A DNA stretch of 64,000 nt from Selenomonadaceae bacterium (GTDB lineage Bacteria; Bacillota; Negativicutes; Selenomonadales; Selenomonadaceae), in assembly GCA_017412925.1 (NCBI GenBank), contig JAFPVP010000095.1:9981-73980 (forward strand). Reading direction: 5' to 3'. Below are positions 8,450-16,294 of the stretch, piece by piece. Within the stretch, counting starts at the first letter, position 1, and each line of letters opens with the position of its first letter. Under the pieces are notes generated by a model that saw nothing but the letters and a program-made list of their open reading frames with translations, searched no databases and was not told the DNA's origin. The translations under genes and the position numbers were made by a program.

Positions 8450-8719
8450 ATGTCGGGAGATTTGGTAATTCAGCTGGGGCAAGAGGCGTTGATGATCGTT
8501 TTAATCGTGTCCGCGCCCATGCTCGGCTTGGGCTTGACGGTCGGCTTGATGGTCAGCGTCTTTCAAGCGACAACTTCAATTCAAGAGCAGACGCTGGCTT
8601 TTATCCCGAAGATTATCGCGGTCTTCGTGGCGATTTTGATTTTCGGACCGTGGATGCTTAGAATCATGGTTGAATTTTTTTCAGATATATTTATCGGCTT
8701 GCCGTCGCGTATCGGCTGA
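8450..8719 (+). CDS. fliQ: flagellar export apparatus protein FliQ
   Basis: 89 aa with two TM helices. ...GLTVGLMVSVFQATTSIQEQTLAFIPKI... is the FliQ signature. GGAGG RBS. Confidence 0.9.
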   Translation: MSGDLVIQLGQEALMIVLIVSAPMLGLGLTVGLMVSVFQATTSIQEQTLAFIPKIIAVFVAILIFGPWMLRIMVEFFSDIFIGLPSRIG

Positions 8720-8749
8720 GCAAAGTCACTTTGTCAGGAGGTCGAAGGC

Positions 8750-9544
8750 TTGACAGAAATTGATTTTTTCGACATTCTTCAAGGGCAGGTGGCGTGCTTT
8801 CTGCTCGTGCTGACACGGACGAGCGGCATTTTTTTTATTTCGCCATTCTTCGGCAGCTTGAACGTTTCGGCAAGGTTAAGAGCCGGCGCGGCGATTTTGC
8901 TGGCGACGTTGCTTTTTCCGGTCGTCGTGAAAATGTACGTCGTAGAAGCTCCCGCAAATCTGATAATGTTCGCGTTCACCGTCGTCAAAGAACTTTTCGT
9001 CGGCTGGCTTATCGGGCTTGTCGGCTACATAACTTTAGCCGCAGTGAACATGGCGGGCAAAATTATGGATATGCAAGTCGGCTTCGCGGTCGTGCAGATG
9101 ATGGATCCAACTACGCAACATCAAAGCGGCATGATTGGAACTTTTCTTTACAACTTGACGATAATTTACTTTATTGTAACGAACGGGCACCACGTGATAC
9201 TTTCCGCGTTGACGGAGAGTTTCCGAATTATCCCGCTGGACGCCATGCTTTGGAATCAATCGCTTTCCGAACTTATGATTGACTTGACGGCGGGAATTTT
9301 TATGAACGGCATGAAAATCGCAATGCCCGTGACTTTTGCAATCCTGCTGACGAACGTCGGAATGGGTATCCTCGCCCGCACCATGCCGCAGATGAATATT
9401 TTTGTTGTCGGCATTCCGCTCCAGCTGACCATTGGCACAAGTATGCTGTCGATGGTTCTGCCGTTTTACATTCTCTTTTTGGACGTGATTTTTAATGAAA
9501 TGTACGCAAACATTTCCATTGCCCTCAAAGCCCTCGCGCCCTGA
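8750..9544 (+). CDS. fliR: flagellar export apparatus protein FliR
   Basis: 264-aa polytopic membrane protein in the fliPQR position. TTG start after an AGGAGG RBS. Confidence 0.9.
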   Translation: MTEIDFFDILQGQVACFLLVLTRTSGIFFISPFFGSLNVSARLRAGAAILLATLLFPVVVKMYVVEAPANLIMFAFTVVKELFVGWLIGLVGYITLAAVNMAGKIMDMQVGFAVVQMMDPTTQHQSGMIGTFLYNLTIIYFIVTNGHHVILSALTESFRIIPLDAMLWNQSLSELMIDLTAGIFMNGMKIAMPVTFAILLTNVGMGILARTMPQMNIFVVGIPLQLTIGTSMLSMVLPFYILFLDVIFNEMYANISIALKALAP

Positions 9545-10634
9545 CGACGAGCTAAAAAATTTCGTCTTCGACCTGCAACGTTTCGACGGCGAAAAAACCG
9601 AAGAGCCGACCGATAAAAAGCGGCAGGACGCGCGCAAGAAAGGTCAAGTCGCAAAGAGCCAAGAGCTAAATACGGCGTTCGTCCTGCTTATCGGCTTTTT
9701 GATTCTGCGAATTTTGTGGGAGTTCATTTACGGCAACATCGCCGAGTACACAGTTTATCTTTACTCGCACCTGTCAAACAGCGCGTCGACCGAGGCAATC
9801 TCCGAACTTTTTATCGGGATAATGCTTCTTTTGGCAAAAACAGTTATGCCCGTGATGTTCGCGATTTTAATCGTCGGACTCGCCATAAATTGTTTCCAAG
9901 TCGGCTTAATGGTGTCGACGGAAAAATTGGAGCCGAAACTCAGCAACCTAAACCCGATTAACGGCTTCGGGAGAATTTTTTCCAAGCGGTCAATCGTCGA
10001 GCTATTCAAGTCGCTGTTCAAAATAATTGTTATCGGCTACTTCCTCTATCTTTATCTCAAAGAGCAAATCCCGCTCCTGCCGCAATTTATTTTCTTCGAC
10101 TTGCCGCATTCACTGGCGACGGCGGCGGATATTATCTTCACAATGGCGTTTCAAGTTATCGGCGTGATATTCATCATGGCGGTAGCGGACTATGCCTATC
10201 AAAAATGGCAGACGACGCAGGATTTGAAAATGAGCAAGCAGGAAGTCAAAGACGAATTCAAGCAAATGGAAGGTGACCCGCAAATCAAGGGCAAAATTAA
10301 ACAGAAACAGCGTCAGATGGCAATGCAGCGCATGATGCAGGAAGTGCCCAAAGCTGACGTCATCGTCACGAACCCGACGCATTTAGCGGTTGCGCTCCAA
10401 TACAAAAAGGGAATGGTCGCGCCGCTCGTCGTGGCTAAAGGTCAAGACCTCGTTGCGGAGAAAATAAAGGAAATCGCCCGCGAACATCATATCCTAATCG
10501 TCGAAAACAAACCTGTGGCGCGTGCGCTATTTGAAGCCGTCGACGTGGGCGGCACAGTTCCCGCAGAACTTTATCAAGCCGTGGCAGAAATTCTCGCTTA
10601 CGTCTACAGAATCAAACACCGCAAAGCCGCATGA
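9495..10634 (+). CDS. flhB: flagellar export switch protein FlhB
   Basis: N-terminal FDLQRFDGEKTEEPTDKKRQDARKKGQVAKSQEL and the NPTH autocleavage motif (VIVTNPTHLAVAL). The only in-frame start is ATG 9495, which overlaps the fliR 3' end by 50 nt. Confidence 0.9.
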   Translation: MKCTQTFPLPSKPSRPDDELKNFVFDLQRFDGEKTEEPTDKKRQDARKKGQVAKSQELNTAFVLLIGFLILRILWEFIYGNIAEYTVYLYSHLSNSASTEAISELFIGIMLLLAKTVMPVMFAILIVGLAINCFQVGLMVSTEKLEPKLSNLNPINGFGRIFSKRSIVELFKSLFKIIVIGYFLYLYLKEQIPLLPQFIFFDLPHSLATAADIIFTMAFQVIGVIFIMAVADYAYQKWQTTQDLKMSKQEVKDEFKQMEGDPQIKGKIKQKQRQMAMQRMMQEVPKADVIVTNPTHLAVALQYKKGMVAPLVVAKGQDLVAEKIKEIAREHHILIVENKPVARALFEAVDVGGTVPAELYQAVAEILAYVYRIKHRKAA

Positions 10635-10646
10635 CGGAGGTTTTAA

Positions 10647-11039
10647 GTGATGACTATTGAACAATTCGCCGAAAGATATTATCTACACGACAGTAGCTTG
10701 GAGAAGGTTGACTTCGACGCCGATAAAAAAATTCTCGCGCTAACAATCGAATTCTGTTTCTGGATGCAAAATTGGTACGATAAATCCGAGCCGACTAACG
10801 GTTTGATTCGCGCGACGTTCAAGGACGTTTCGATTTTTGAATACGACGACTGCATTGCCGAAAAAATTTTTTCCAACATCGACAGCGAAATTCGCTACGG
10901 CAAAATCGACGCGGACGGAAATTTTATTCTGTTCGCAGTCGAGGCGGCTGACTACGCGGAGCAGGACGATATTTATTTTCTGCTCAAAATCAGCGCGGCG
11001 AGCGTCGACGTTGAAGAATTGGAGCGATACAATTTATAA
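10647..11039 (+). CDS. hypothetical cytoplasmic acidic protein inserted between flhB and flhA
   Basis: 130-aa ORF with an ACGGAGG RBS (the ATG at 10650 is equally possible). No TM helix, no signal peptide and no flagellar family motif that I recognise. Confidence 0.45.
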   Translation: MMTIEQFAERYYLHDSSLEKVDFDADKKILALTIEFCFWMQNWYDKSEPTNGLIRATFKDVSIFEYDDCIAEKIFSNIDSEIRYGKIDADGNFILFAVEAADYAEQDDIYFLLKISAASVDVEELERYNL

Positions 11040-11069
11040 GAAAAATTTTTCCCGACGGAAAATCAATCG

Positions 11070-11099
11070 TTGAAGTCAACGCGGATATTGTGTTATAGT
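11070..11099 (+). promoter_or_regulatory. putative promoter ahead of flhA
   Basis: TTGAAG (11070-11075), 18-nt spacer, TATAGT (11094-11099), preceded by TG. Confidence 0.3.
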
Positions 11100-11127
11100 A
11101 GTAAAAAATTTTTTAGGAGAAAACTAA

Positions 11128-13215
11128 ATGGCCGCACCCGCAGATATTTTAGAGAGCGAGCCCCAAACATTAGGCTCGTTTATCCAAAGGTACAGTGACG
11201 TTATAATCGCGGTGACGCTCGTCATGATTGTTATCATGATGATTATCCCGTTGCCGACGCCGCTTTTGGACTTGCTAATCTGTTTGAACATCACAATCGC
11301 CCTAGTCGTCATCATGAGCGCGATTTACAACGAGGAGGCTCTGGACTTATCCGTCTTCCCGTCGCTACTTTTGGTGACGACGCTTTTCCGATTGGCTCTG
11401 AACATTTCCTCCACGCGCCTGATTTTGATTAACGGCTACGCGGGCGAAGTCATCACGGCGTTCGGAAATTTCGTCGTCGGCGGCAATCCTGTCGTCGGCT
11501 TCATCATGTTTATCATCTTGGTTATCATCAACTTTATCGTCATAACCAAAGGCTCCGAACGTGTCGCTGAAGTTTCGGCGCGTTTCACTTTGGACGCAAT
11601 GCCTGGTAAGCAAATGGCAATCGACGCGGACTTGAATCAGGGCGCGATAAACGACGAAGAGGCTAAGGAACGCCGCACGAAAATTCAGCGCGAGGCGGAC
11701 TTCTTCGGCGCGATGGACGGTGCTTCCAAGTTCGTCAAGGGCGACGCCATTGCCGCGATTATCATCATGTTGATTAATATCGGCGGCGGTTTCGTTATCG
11801 GCATGGCGCAAAAGGACATGGACGCCGCGACCGCGCTCCAAACTTACACGCTGCTGACCGTCGGCGAAGGTCTCGTCAGCCAAATTCCCGCGCTGTTAAT
11901 TTCCACGGCGACAGGTATCATCGTCACGCGCGCCGCCTCGGAGGGCAATCTCGGTGCCGACCTCGTCAAGCAACTTTTCAACAACGAAAGAATTTTCTTC
12001 ATCAATACGGGCGTCCTGCTCATGCTGTCAATCGTCCCTGGCTTGCCCGGCATTCCGTTCGCGTCGCTGGCGGCTATCTGCGCGTTTATCGGCTACAGCT
12101 TGCACAAGAAAAATATCGTGCCGGAAGAAGTCAAGGAAGAACAAGCTCAAGCTAAGGAAAAAACGGAGGCGACGCGCCCCGAAAATATTATCTCGCTGTT
12201 GCAAGTCGACCCAATGGAATTGGAAATTGGTTACTCATTGATTCCGCTCGTCGACACGGGGCAGGGCGGCGATTTGCTCGACCGTATCGTCATGATTCGA
12301 CGACAATGCGCCCTTGAACTCGGTTTGGTTGTCCCGACGATTCGTATCCGCGATAACATTCAGATTAAACCGAACGCCTATATCATCAAGCTAAAGGGCA
12401 TGGAGATTGCTCGCGGCGAATTAATGCTAGACCATTTCTTGGCAATGAACAGCGGCACGGTTTTTGAAGAAATTCCTGGCATTGAAACTGTTGAGCCGGC
12501 TTTTGGACTGCCCGCGCTGTGGATTCCCGAAAGTCAACGCGAACAGGCGGAACTCAGCGGCTATACTGTCGTCGACGCCGTCTCGGTGCTCGCTACGCAT
12601 TTAACGGAGGTCATCAAGCAACACGCCTCGGAAATTCTCGGTCGTCAAGAAACTCAAAACCTTATCGACAATCTTGCAAAGTCAAATCGCGGGCTCGTCG
12701 ACGAAGTTGTCCCCGAACTTTTGGGTATCGGCGAAATTCAAAAGGTCTTGGCGAATTTGCTCAACGAACGAGTTTCAATCCGCGATATGGCTACGATTAT
12801 GGAAGTGCTCGCCGATTACTCACGCGCCACGAAAGACCCCGAAATTTTAACGGAATATGTGCGCCACGCCATGGGCAGACAAATTACGCATCAAGTTGTT
12901 CAAGGAAATACTCTGCCTTGCGTCACGCTCGACCCTGCGCTGGAAAATCGGATTGTCGGCGCGATTCAGCGCACAGATCACGGCTCCTACGTCAGCCTCG
13001 ACCCCGATTCTATGCGCCGCATGGTTTCTTCGATCAACAACGAGATAGAAAAGCTCGCAAATCAAGGTTATCCCGCCGTCGTGCTCACAAGTCCCGCCGT
13101 GCGTCTCTATTTCCGCAAACTCGTCGAACGTTCGGTTCAAGGTCTTACAATCGTCTCGCACGCTGAAATTGACCAGTCCGTTGAGATTCAAATTATCGGC
13201 GTCATCAGAATTTAA
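11128..13215 (+). CDS. flhA: flagellar export apparatus protein FlhA
   Basis: 695 aa with the FHIPEP signature region (RVAEVSARFTLDAMPGKQMAIDADLNQG...EREADFFGAMDGASKFVKGDAIA) and an FlhA-type C-terminal cytoplasmic domain. Confidence 0.95.
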   Translation: MAAPADILESEPQTLGSFIQRYSDVIIAVTLVMIVIMMIIPLPTPLLDLLICLNITIALVVIMSAIYNEEALDLSVFPSLLLVTTLFRLALNISSTRLILINGYAGEVITAFGNFVVGGNPVVGFIMFIILVIINFIVITKGSERVAEVSARFTLDAMPGKQMAIDADLNQGAINDEEAKERRTKIQREADFFGAMDGASKFVKGDAIAAIIIMLINIGGGFVIGMAQKDMDAATALQTYTLLTVGEGLVSQIPALLISTATGIIVTRAASEGNLGADLVKQLFNNERIFFINTGVLLMLSIVPGLPGIPFASLAAICAFIGYSLHKKNIVPEEVKEEQAQAKEKTEATRPENIISLLQVDPMELEIGYSLIPLVDTGQGGDLLDRIVMIRRQCALELGLVVPTIRIRDNIQIKPNAYIIKLKGMEIARGELMLDHFLAMNSGTVFEEIPGIETVEPAFGLPALWIPESQREQAELSGYTVVDAVSVLATHLTEVIKQHASEILGRQETQNLIDNLAKSNRGLVDEVVPELLGIGEIQKVLANLLNERVSIRDMATIMEVLADYSRATKDPEILTEYVRHAMGRQITHQVVQGNTLPCVTLDPALENRIVGAIQRTDHGSYVSLDPDSMRRMVSSINNEIEKLANQGYPAVVLTSPAVRLYFRKLVERSVQGLTIVSHAEIDQSVEIQIIGVIRI

Positions 13216-13278
13216 CGGTAAAATTTATTCCACGCTCTTTGTCCACTTTTCAAAAGTGGCGGCGTCATCAGAATTTAA
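13197..13278. repeat. 19-nt direct repeat (CGGCGTCATCAGAATTTAA) duplicating the flhA 3' end, flanking a 44-bp segment with a 17-nt palindrome
   Basis: Copies at 13197-13215 (contains the flhA stop) and 13260-13278. Palindrome CCACTTTTCAAAAGTGG at 13243-13259. Confidence 0.8.
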
Positions 13279-13281
13279 ACC

Positions 13282-13322
13282 AAAAAAATTAACCTCCGCG
13301 CAACTTGCGGAGGTTTTTTTGT
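13282..13322. terminator. bidirectional intrinsic terminator shared by flhA (+) and RTX gene 1 (-)
   Basis: A7 run, stem CCTCCGC (13293-13299) / GCGGAGG (13307-13313), then a T9 run. Confidence 0.7.
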
Positions 13323-13337
13323 TACCGCTGATTTTTT

Positions 13338-16160
13338 TTACTGCTTAACAAGTTTTTCGTCGCTGACGGTGTAAGTTTCGCCGTTAATATTTATGTTTTC
13401 AAAGTATCCGCCGTCGAAAACGACTTTGCCGCCGCCCGAAATTGTAAGCGTGAGTTTGTTGTCGACAAATCCAGAATCACTGAACGTGCCGCCCTCCGAG
13501 CCGTCCTTATTGAGAATCTTCAACATGTCGCCGTCGCTTTCATAGTAATCCAAAATCGTATCGGTGCCTTCGCCTGGCTTATAAATGAAAATATCTGCGT
13601 CGCCGCCGCCGTCAAGATAATCATCGCCTGCGCCGCCCCAGAGAGTATCCTTGTCGTAACCACCAAAAATCCAATCAGCACCTGCGCCGCCCAATAAATA
13701 ATCATTTCCGGCGTGACCTTCCAGATAATCATCGCCTGCGCCGCCGTCGAGATAATCATTGTCATCTTGCCCCAAAAGCGTATCGTCGTTCGCGCCGCCG
13801 AATAAAGAATCTTTGCCGGCATCACCGCTGATTAAATCTGCGCCCGCGCCGCCGTTAATATAATCGTTGCCGTCGTCACCGTTAAGATAATCATCGCCCG
13901 CATTGCCGAGAAGGCTATCATTTCCTGCGCCGCCGCTTATCGTATCATTAGCTTTGCCGCCGCTTATGGAGTTTGCAAGCGTGTTGCCGGTAATTTCAAT
14001 GGCGGTCGTGCGTTTGGCGGCGTTGACAACTTTAACTTTAGAGCCGATAGTCAACGGAGATTCGGTTGCATTCGTTATTGCCAGCGTCGTAGTATTTGCG
14101 GGCGTTGCGGAATAAGTTTTGGTAGTTTCTTCGCCGTTCTCGTCAACGATTGTAATTTTCTTGCCCGTACCATTTTTAACGGTGAGCGTGCCGCTGCCAA
14201 CCGTAAAAACGACGTTTGAGCCGCTGATTGTTGATTTAGAAATCGCCGCGCTGAATTTAATTTTATCGCCCGCCGCATAGTCGCTGATAACGTCTTTGCC
14301 TGCCGTATAAACGAAAATATCTTTGCCGTCGCCGCCAGTGAGCGTGTCATTGCCTTTTCCGCCGTCCAAAACGTCTGCGCCGGCGTCACCCAAAAGTTTA
14401 TCGTTGCCCGCGTTGCCGAGAAGGGTATCATTGCCCGCCCCGCCGTGAATTATATCGTTTTTCGTGCCGCCGCTTATGGAATTTGCAAGAGTGTTGCCGA
14501 TAATTTCAATAGCTTTCGTGCGTTTGGTCGCGTTGACGACTTTTATCTTGGAGCCGATAGTCAGCGGCGATTCAGTCGAATTCGTAACGGTCAGCGTCGT
14601 TGATTCGGCGGAATAAGTTTTGGTAGTTTCTTCGCCGTTCTCGTCAACGATTGTAATTTTCTTGCCCTTGCCATTTTTAACGGTGAGCGTGCCGCTACCA
14701 ACCGTGAAAACGACGTTTGAGCCGCTGATTGTTGATTTAGAAATCGCCGCGCTGAATTTAATTTTATCTTCCGCCGAGTAGTCGCTGATAACGTCTTTTC
14801 CAGCCGTGTAAACGAAAATATCTTCGCCGTCGCCGCCAGTGAGCGTGTCATTGCCTTTTCCGCCGTTTAAAGTGTCGTTTCCTTTGCCGCCGTCGATTAA
14901 ATCGTTACCGGAGCCGCTTACGATTGAATTATTCTTGGCGTTGCCGATAATTGTAATGTCGTTCTTGAGTTTGGAGGCGTTGACGGTTTTAACGGTGCTT
15001 TCAAAGTCCGCCAAGTCGATTGTGTCGCCCTTAAATGCTGTCGAAGCCGTCAAGACCGTTTTATTTTTGTTATAACTTAGTCCTGCGGGTAGTTCGTCTT
15101 CATCGGGCAAGCCGTCCGAATAATTTTTGGCAAGATAGCGCAAAAATCCATAGCCAAGAGCTTGAGGATTCCCAGAATAACGAGAATCATCTTGGAATTC
15201 TGCTATGTCAAACAAGTAGCCGCCGCTGTCAAAGCCACCAACAATTTCACAAAGTCCGGCTCTAATTTCACTAGGAAGATTATAAGCGTAGCTAACATTA
15301 GATTTTATCGCCACTTCAGTTAGTGTTTGCAAAATGATTCTGTCGAGATAATTGCTGAAATATGTTGTATGGTCGGAGTAGTCTGTATGAGGAATATTTA
15401 ATTTTCCATAAGCACTTCCTGAAAAATTAATTCTACCATAAAAATTTGAGTAAATGGCTTTATTGCCTTCGAGCGTGCCGTTTTTGTCGTCGGCGGTCAT
15501 GTTATAAAGAATTCTAGGATTTATACACAACGTAACACTTGATGCGCGCCCCATATCATAACTAATGTTATTAATTGACGTTGCGTATGGATTATTATTA
15601 AAACCATCATCGAAGACAATGTTAATCTCGTTAATGGAGGCGCGACCGTCGGTAAAATTAATTCCGAGCGATTTATTGATAAGATCGAGTGATTCGGGAA
15701 TCCACCAATTATAAAGCGCACGAACGACAAGTTTTTGTTTCTCCAGATAAGTTTCGCCGCTGTAATTAAATTTTTCGCCGGCGTCAACGTCGCCTTTTTC
15801 GTTGTAAGTGATATTGACGGTCAATCCGTTCTTCGTGAAGGATTTGTACTGCGCGGCGGTGAGTTCTTTAGCTTTGGCGGTTTCCGGAACGATACTTTCG
15901 GCGGTTTTAGTAGTGGAGCCGCCCGCGTCCGAGCCGGTAATTGCGCCCGTGTCGGTGTTGTTTACGCGAATGCCGCATTTTTGCTCAAGAAAATCCTGCG
16001 TGCCCAAGCCGGACTTCGCTGCGTTGAATTTTTGCCTGAAAATGCCGTAACTGACTGCGCCGACGGATTTAAAAGCCTCATCAGCAGCGGCTTCGCCTTG
16101 CGCGGAAGTCTTTGTCAGTGTGTCGACAAATTTTTTGATAATGCCAACGGGTGTAGACAT
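13338..16160 (-). CDS. RTX-type calcium-binding repeat protein, paralog 1 (N-terminal ~370-aa non-RTX domain)
   Basis: 940 aa, AAGGAGA RBS, no Sec signal. Many GGxGxD nonapeptides ([24 protein letters not shown]...). Two ~167-aa internal repeats. The N-terminal domain is homologous to that of paralog 3. The C-terminal tail is related to the family tail and ends ...VSDEKLVKQ. Confidence 0.85.
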   Translation of the reverse strand: MSTPVGIIKKFVDTLTKTSAQGEAAADEAFKSVGAVSYGIFRQKFNAAKSGLGTQDFLEQKCGIRVNNTDTGAITGSDAGGSTTKTAESIVPETAKAKELTAAQYKSFTKNGLTVNITYNEKGDVDAGEKFNYSGETYLEKQKLVVRALYNWWIPESLDLINKSLGINFTDGRASINEINIVFDDGFNNNPYATSINNISYDMGRASSVTLCINPRILYNMTADDKNGTLEGNKAIYSNFYGRINFSGSAYGKLNIPHTDYSDHTTYFSNYLDRIILQTLTEVAIKSNVSYAYNLPSEIRAGLCEIVGGFDSGGYLFDIAEFQDDSRYSGNPQALGYGFLRYLAKNYSDGLPDEDELPAGLSYNKNKTVLTASTAFKGDTIDLADFESTVKTVNASKLKNDITIIGNAKNNSIVSGSGNDLIDGGKGNDTLNGGKGNDTLTGGDGEDIFVYTAGKDVISDYSAEDKIKFSAAISKSTISGSNVVFTVGSGTLTVKNGKGKKITIVDENGEETTKTYSAESTTLTVTNSTESPLTIGSKIKVVNATKRTKAIEIIGNTLANSISGGTKNDIIHGGAGNDTLLGNAGNDKLLGDAGADVLDGGKGNDTLTGGDGKDIFVYTAGKDVISDYAAGDKIKFSAAISKSTISGSNVVFTVGSGTLTVKNGTGKKITIVDENGEETTKTYSATPANTTTLAITNATESPLTIGSKVKVVNAAKRTTAIEITGNTLANSISGGKANDTISGGAGNDSLLGNAGDDYLNGDDGNDYINGGAGADLISGDAGKDSLFGGANDDTLLGQDDNDYLDGGAGDDYLEGHAGNDYLLGGAGADWIFGGYDKDTLWGGAGDDYLDGGGDADIFIYKPGEGTDTILDYYESDGDMLKILNKDGSEGGTFSDSGFVDNKLTLTISGGGKVVFDGGYFENININGETYTVSDEKLVKQ
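13960..14880. repeat. intragenic tandem duplication (two ~0.5-kb near-identical copies) inside RTX paralog 1
   Basis: Sequence blocks at about 13960-14375 and 14470-14880 align with an offset of 501-510 bp. For example GGAATAAGTTTTGGTAGTTTCTTCGCCGTTCTCGTCAACGATTGTAATTTTCTTGCCC occurs at 14109 and 14610. Confidence 0.85.
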
Positions 16161-16192
16161 AAAACCATCTCCTTAAACTTTTTACAAAAGTT

Positions 16193-16218
16193 ATTATACC
16201 TGTTTTTTTTTTTGACAA
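16193..16218 (-). promoter_or_regulatory. putative promoter of RTX paralog 1 with an A-run in the spacer
   Basis: Minus strand: TTGTCA (16218-16213), 14-nt spacer (A10 + CAGG), TATAAT (16198-16193). The spacer is sub-optimal as sequenced. Confidence 0.4.
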
Positions 16219-16241
16219 TTCCCCACCGCAAATTTTTTTGC

Positions 16242-16271
16242 AAAAAAAAATTTCCCGCCGCAATGACGGGA
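16242..16271 (-). terminator. intrinsic terminator of RTX paralog 2
   Basis: Minus strand: TCCCGTC-ATTGC-GGCGGGA hairpin followed by AAA and T9. Confidence 0.65.
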
Positions 16272-16294
16272 AAAAATTTTTTTCCGCGCAGATT

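Noticed and set aside
7690-13166. Alternative-frame ORFs within flagellar genes (7690-8172, 8794-9282, 9035-9637, 11365-11883, 12519-13166)
   Set aside because: They overlap strongly supported fliP/fliR/flhB/flhA frames. They are Arg/Ser-rich and have no RBS.
15050-16160. Idea that the N-terminal domains of RTX paralogs 1 and 3 are serralysin-like metalloproteases (protease + RTX + C-terminal signal architecture)
   Set aside because: No HExxH or extended metzincin motif occurs in either protein. The only similar stretch reads TLTEVAIK / AFTEIALK and lacks both His ligands. At best this is a degenerate pseudo-protease, which cannot be supported from sequence alone.
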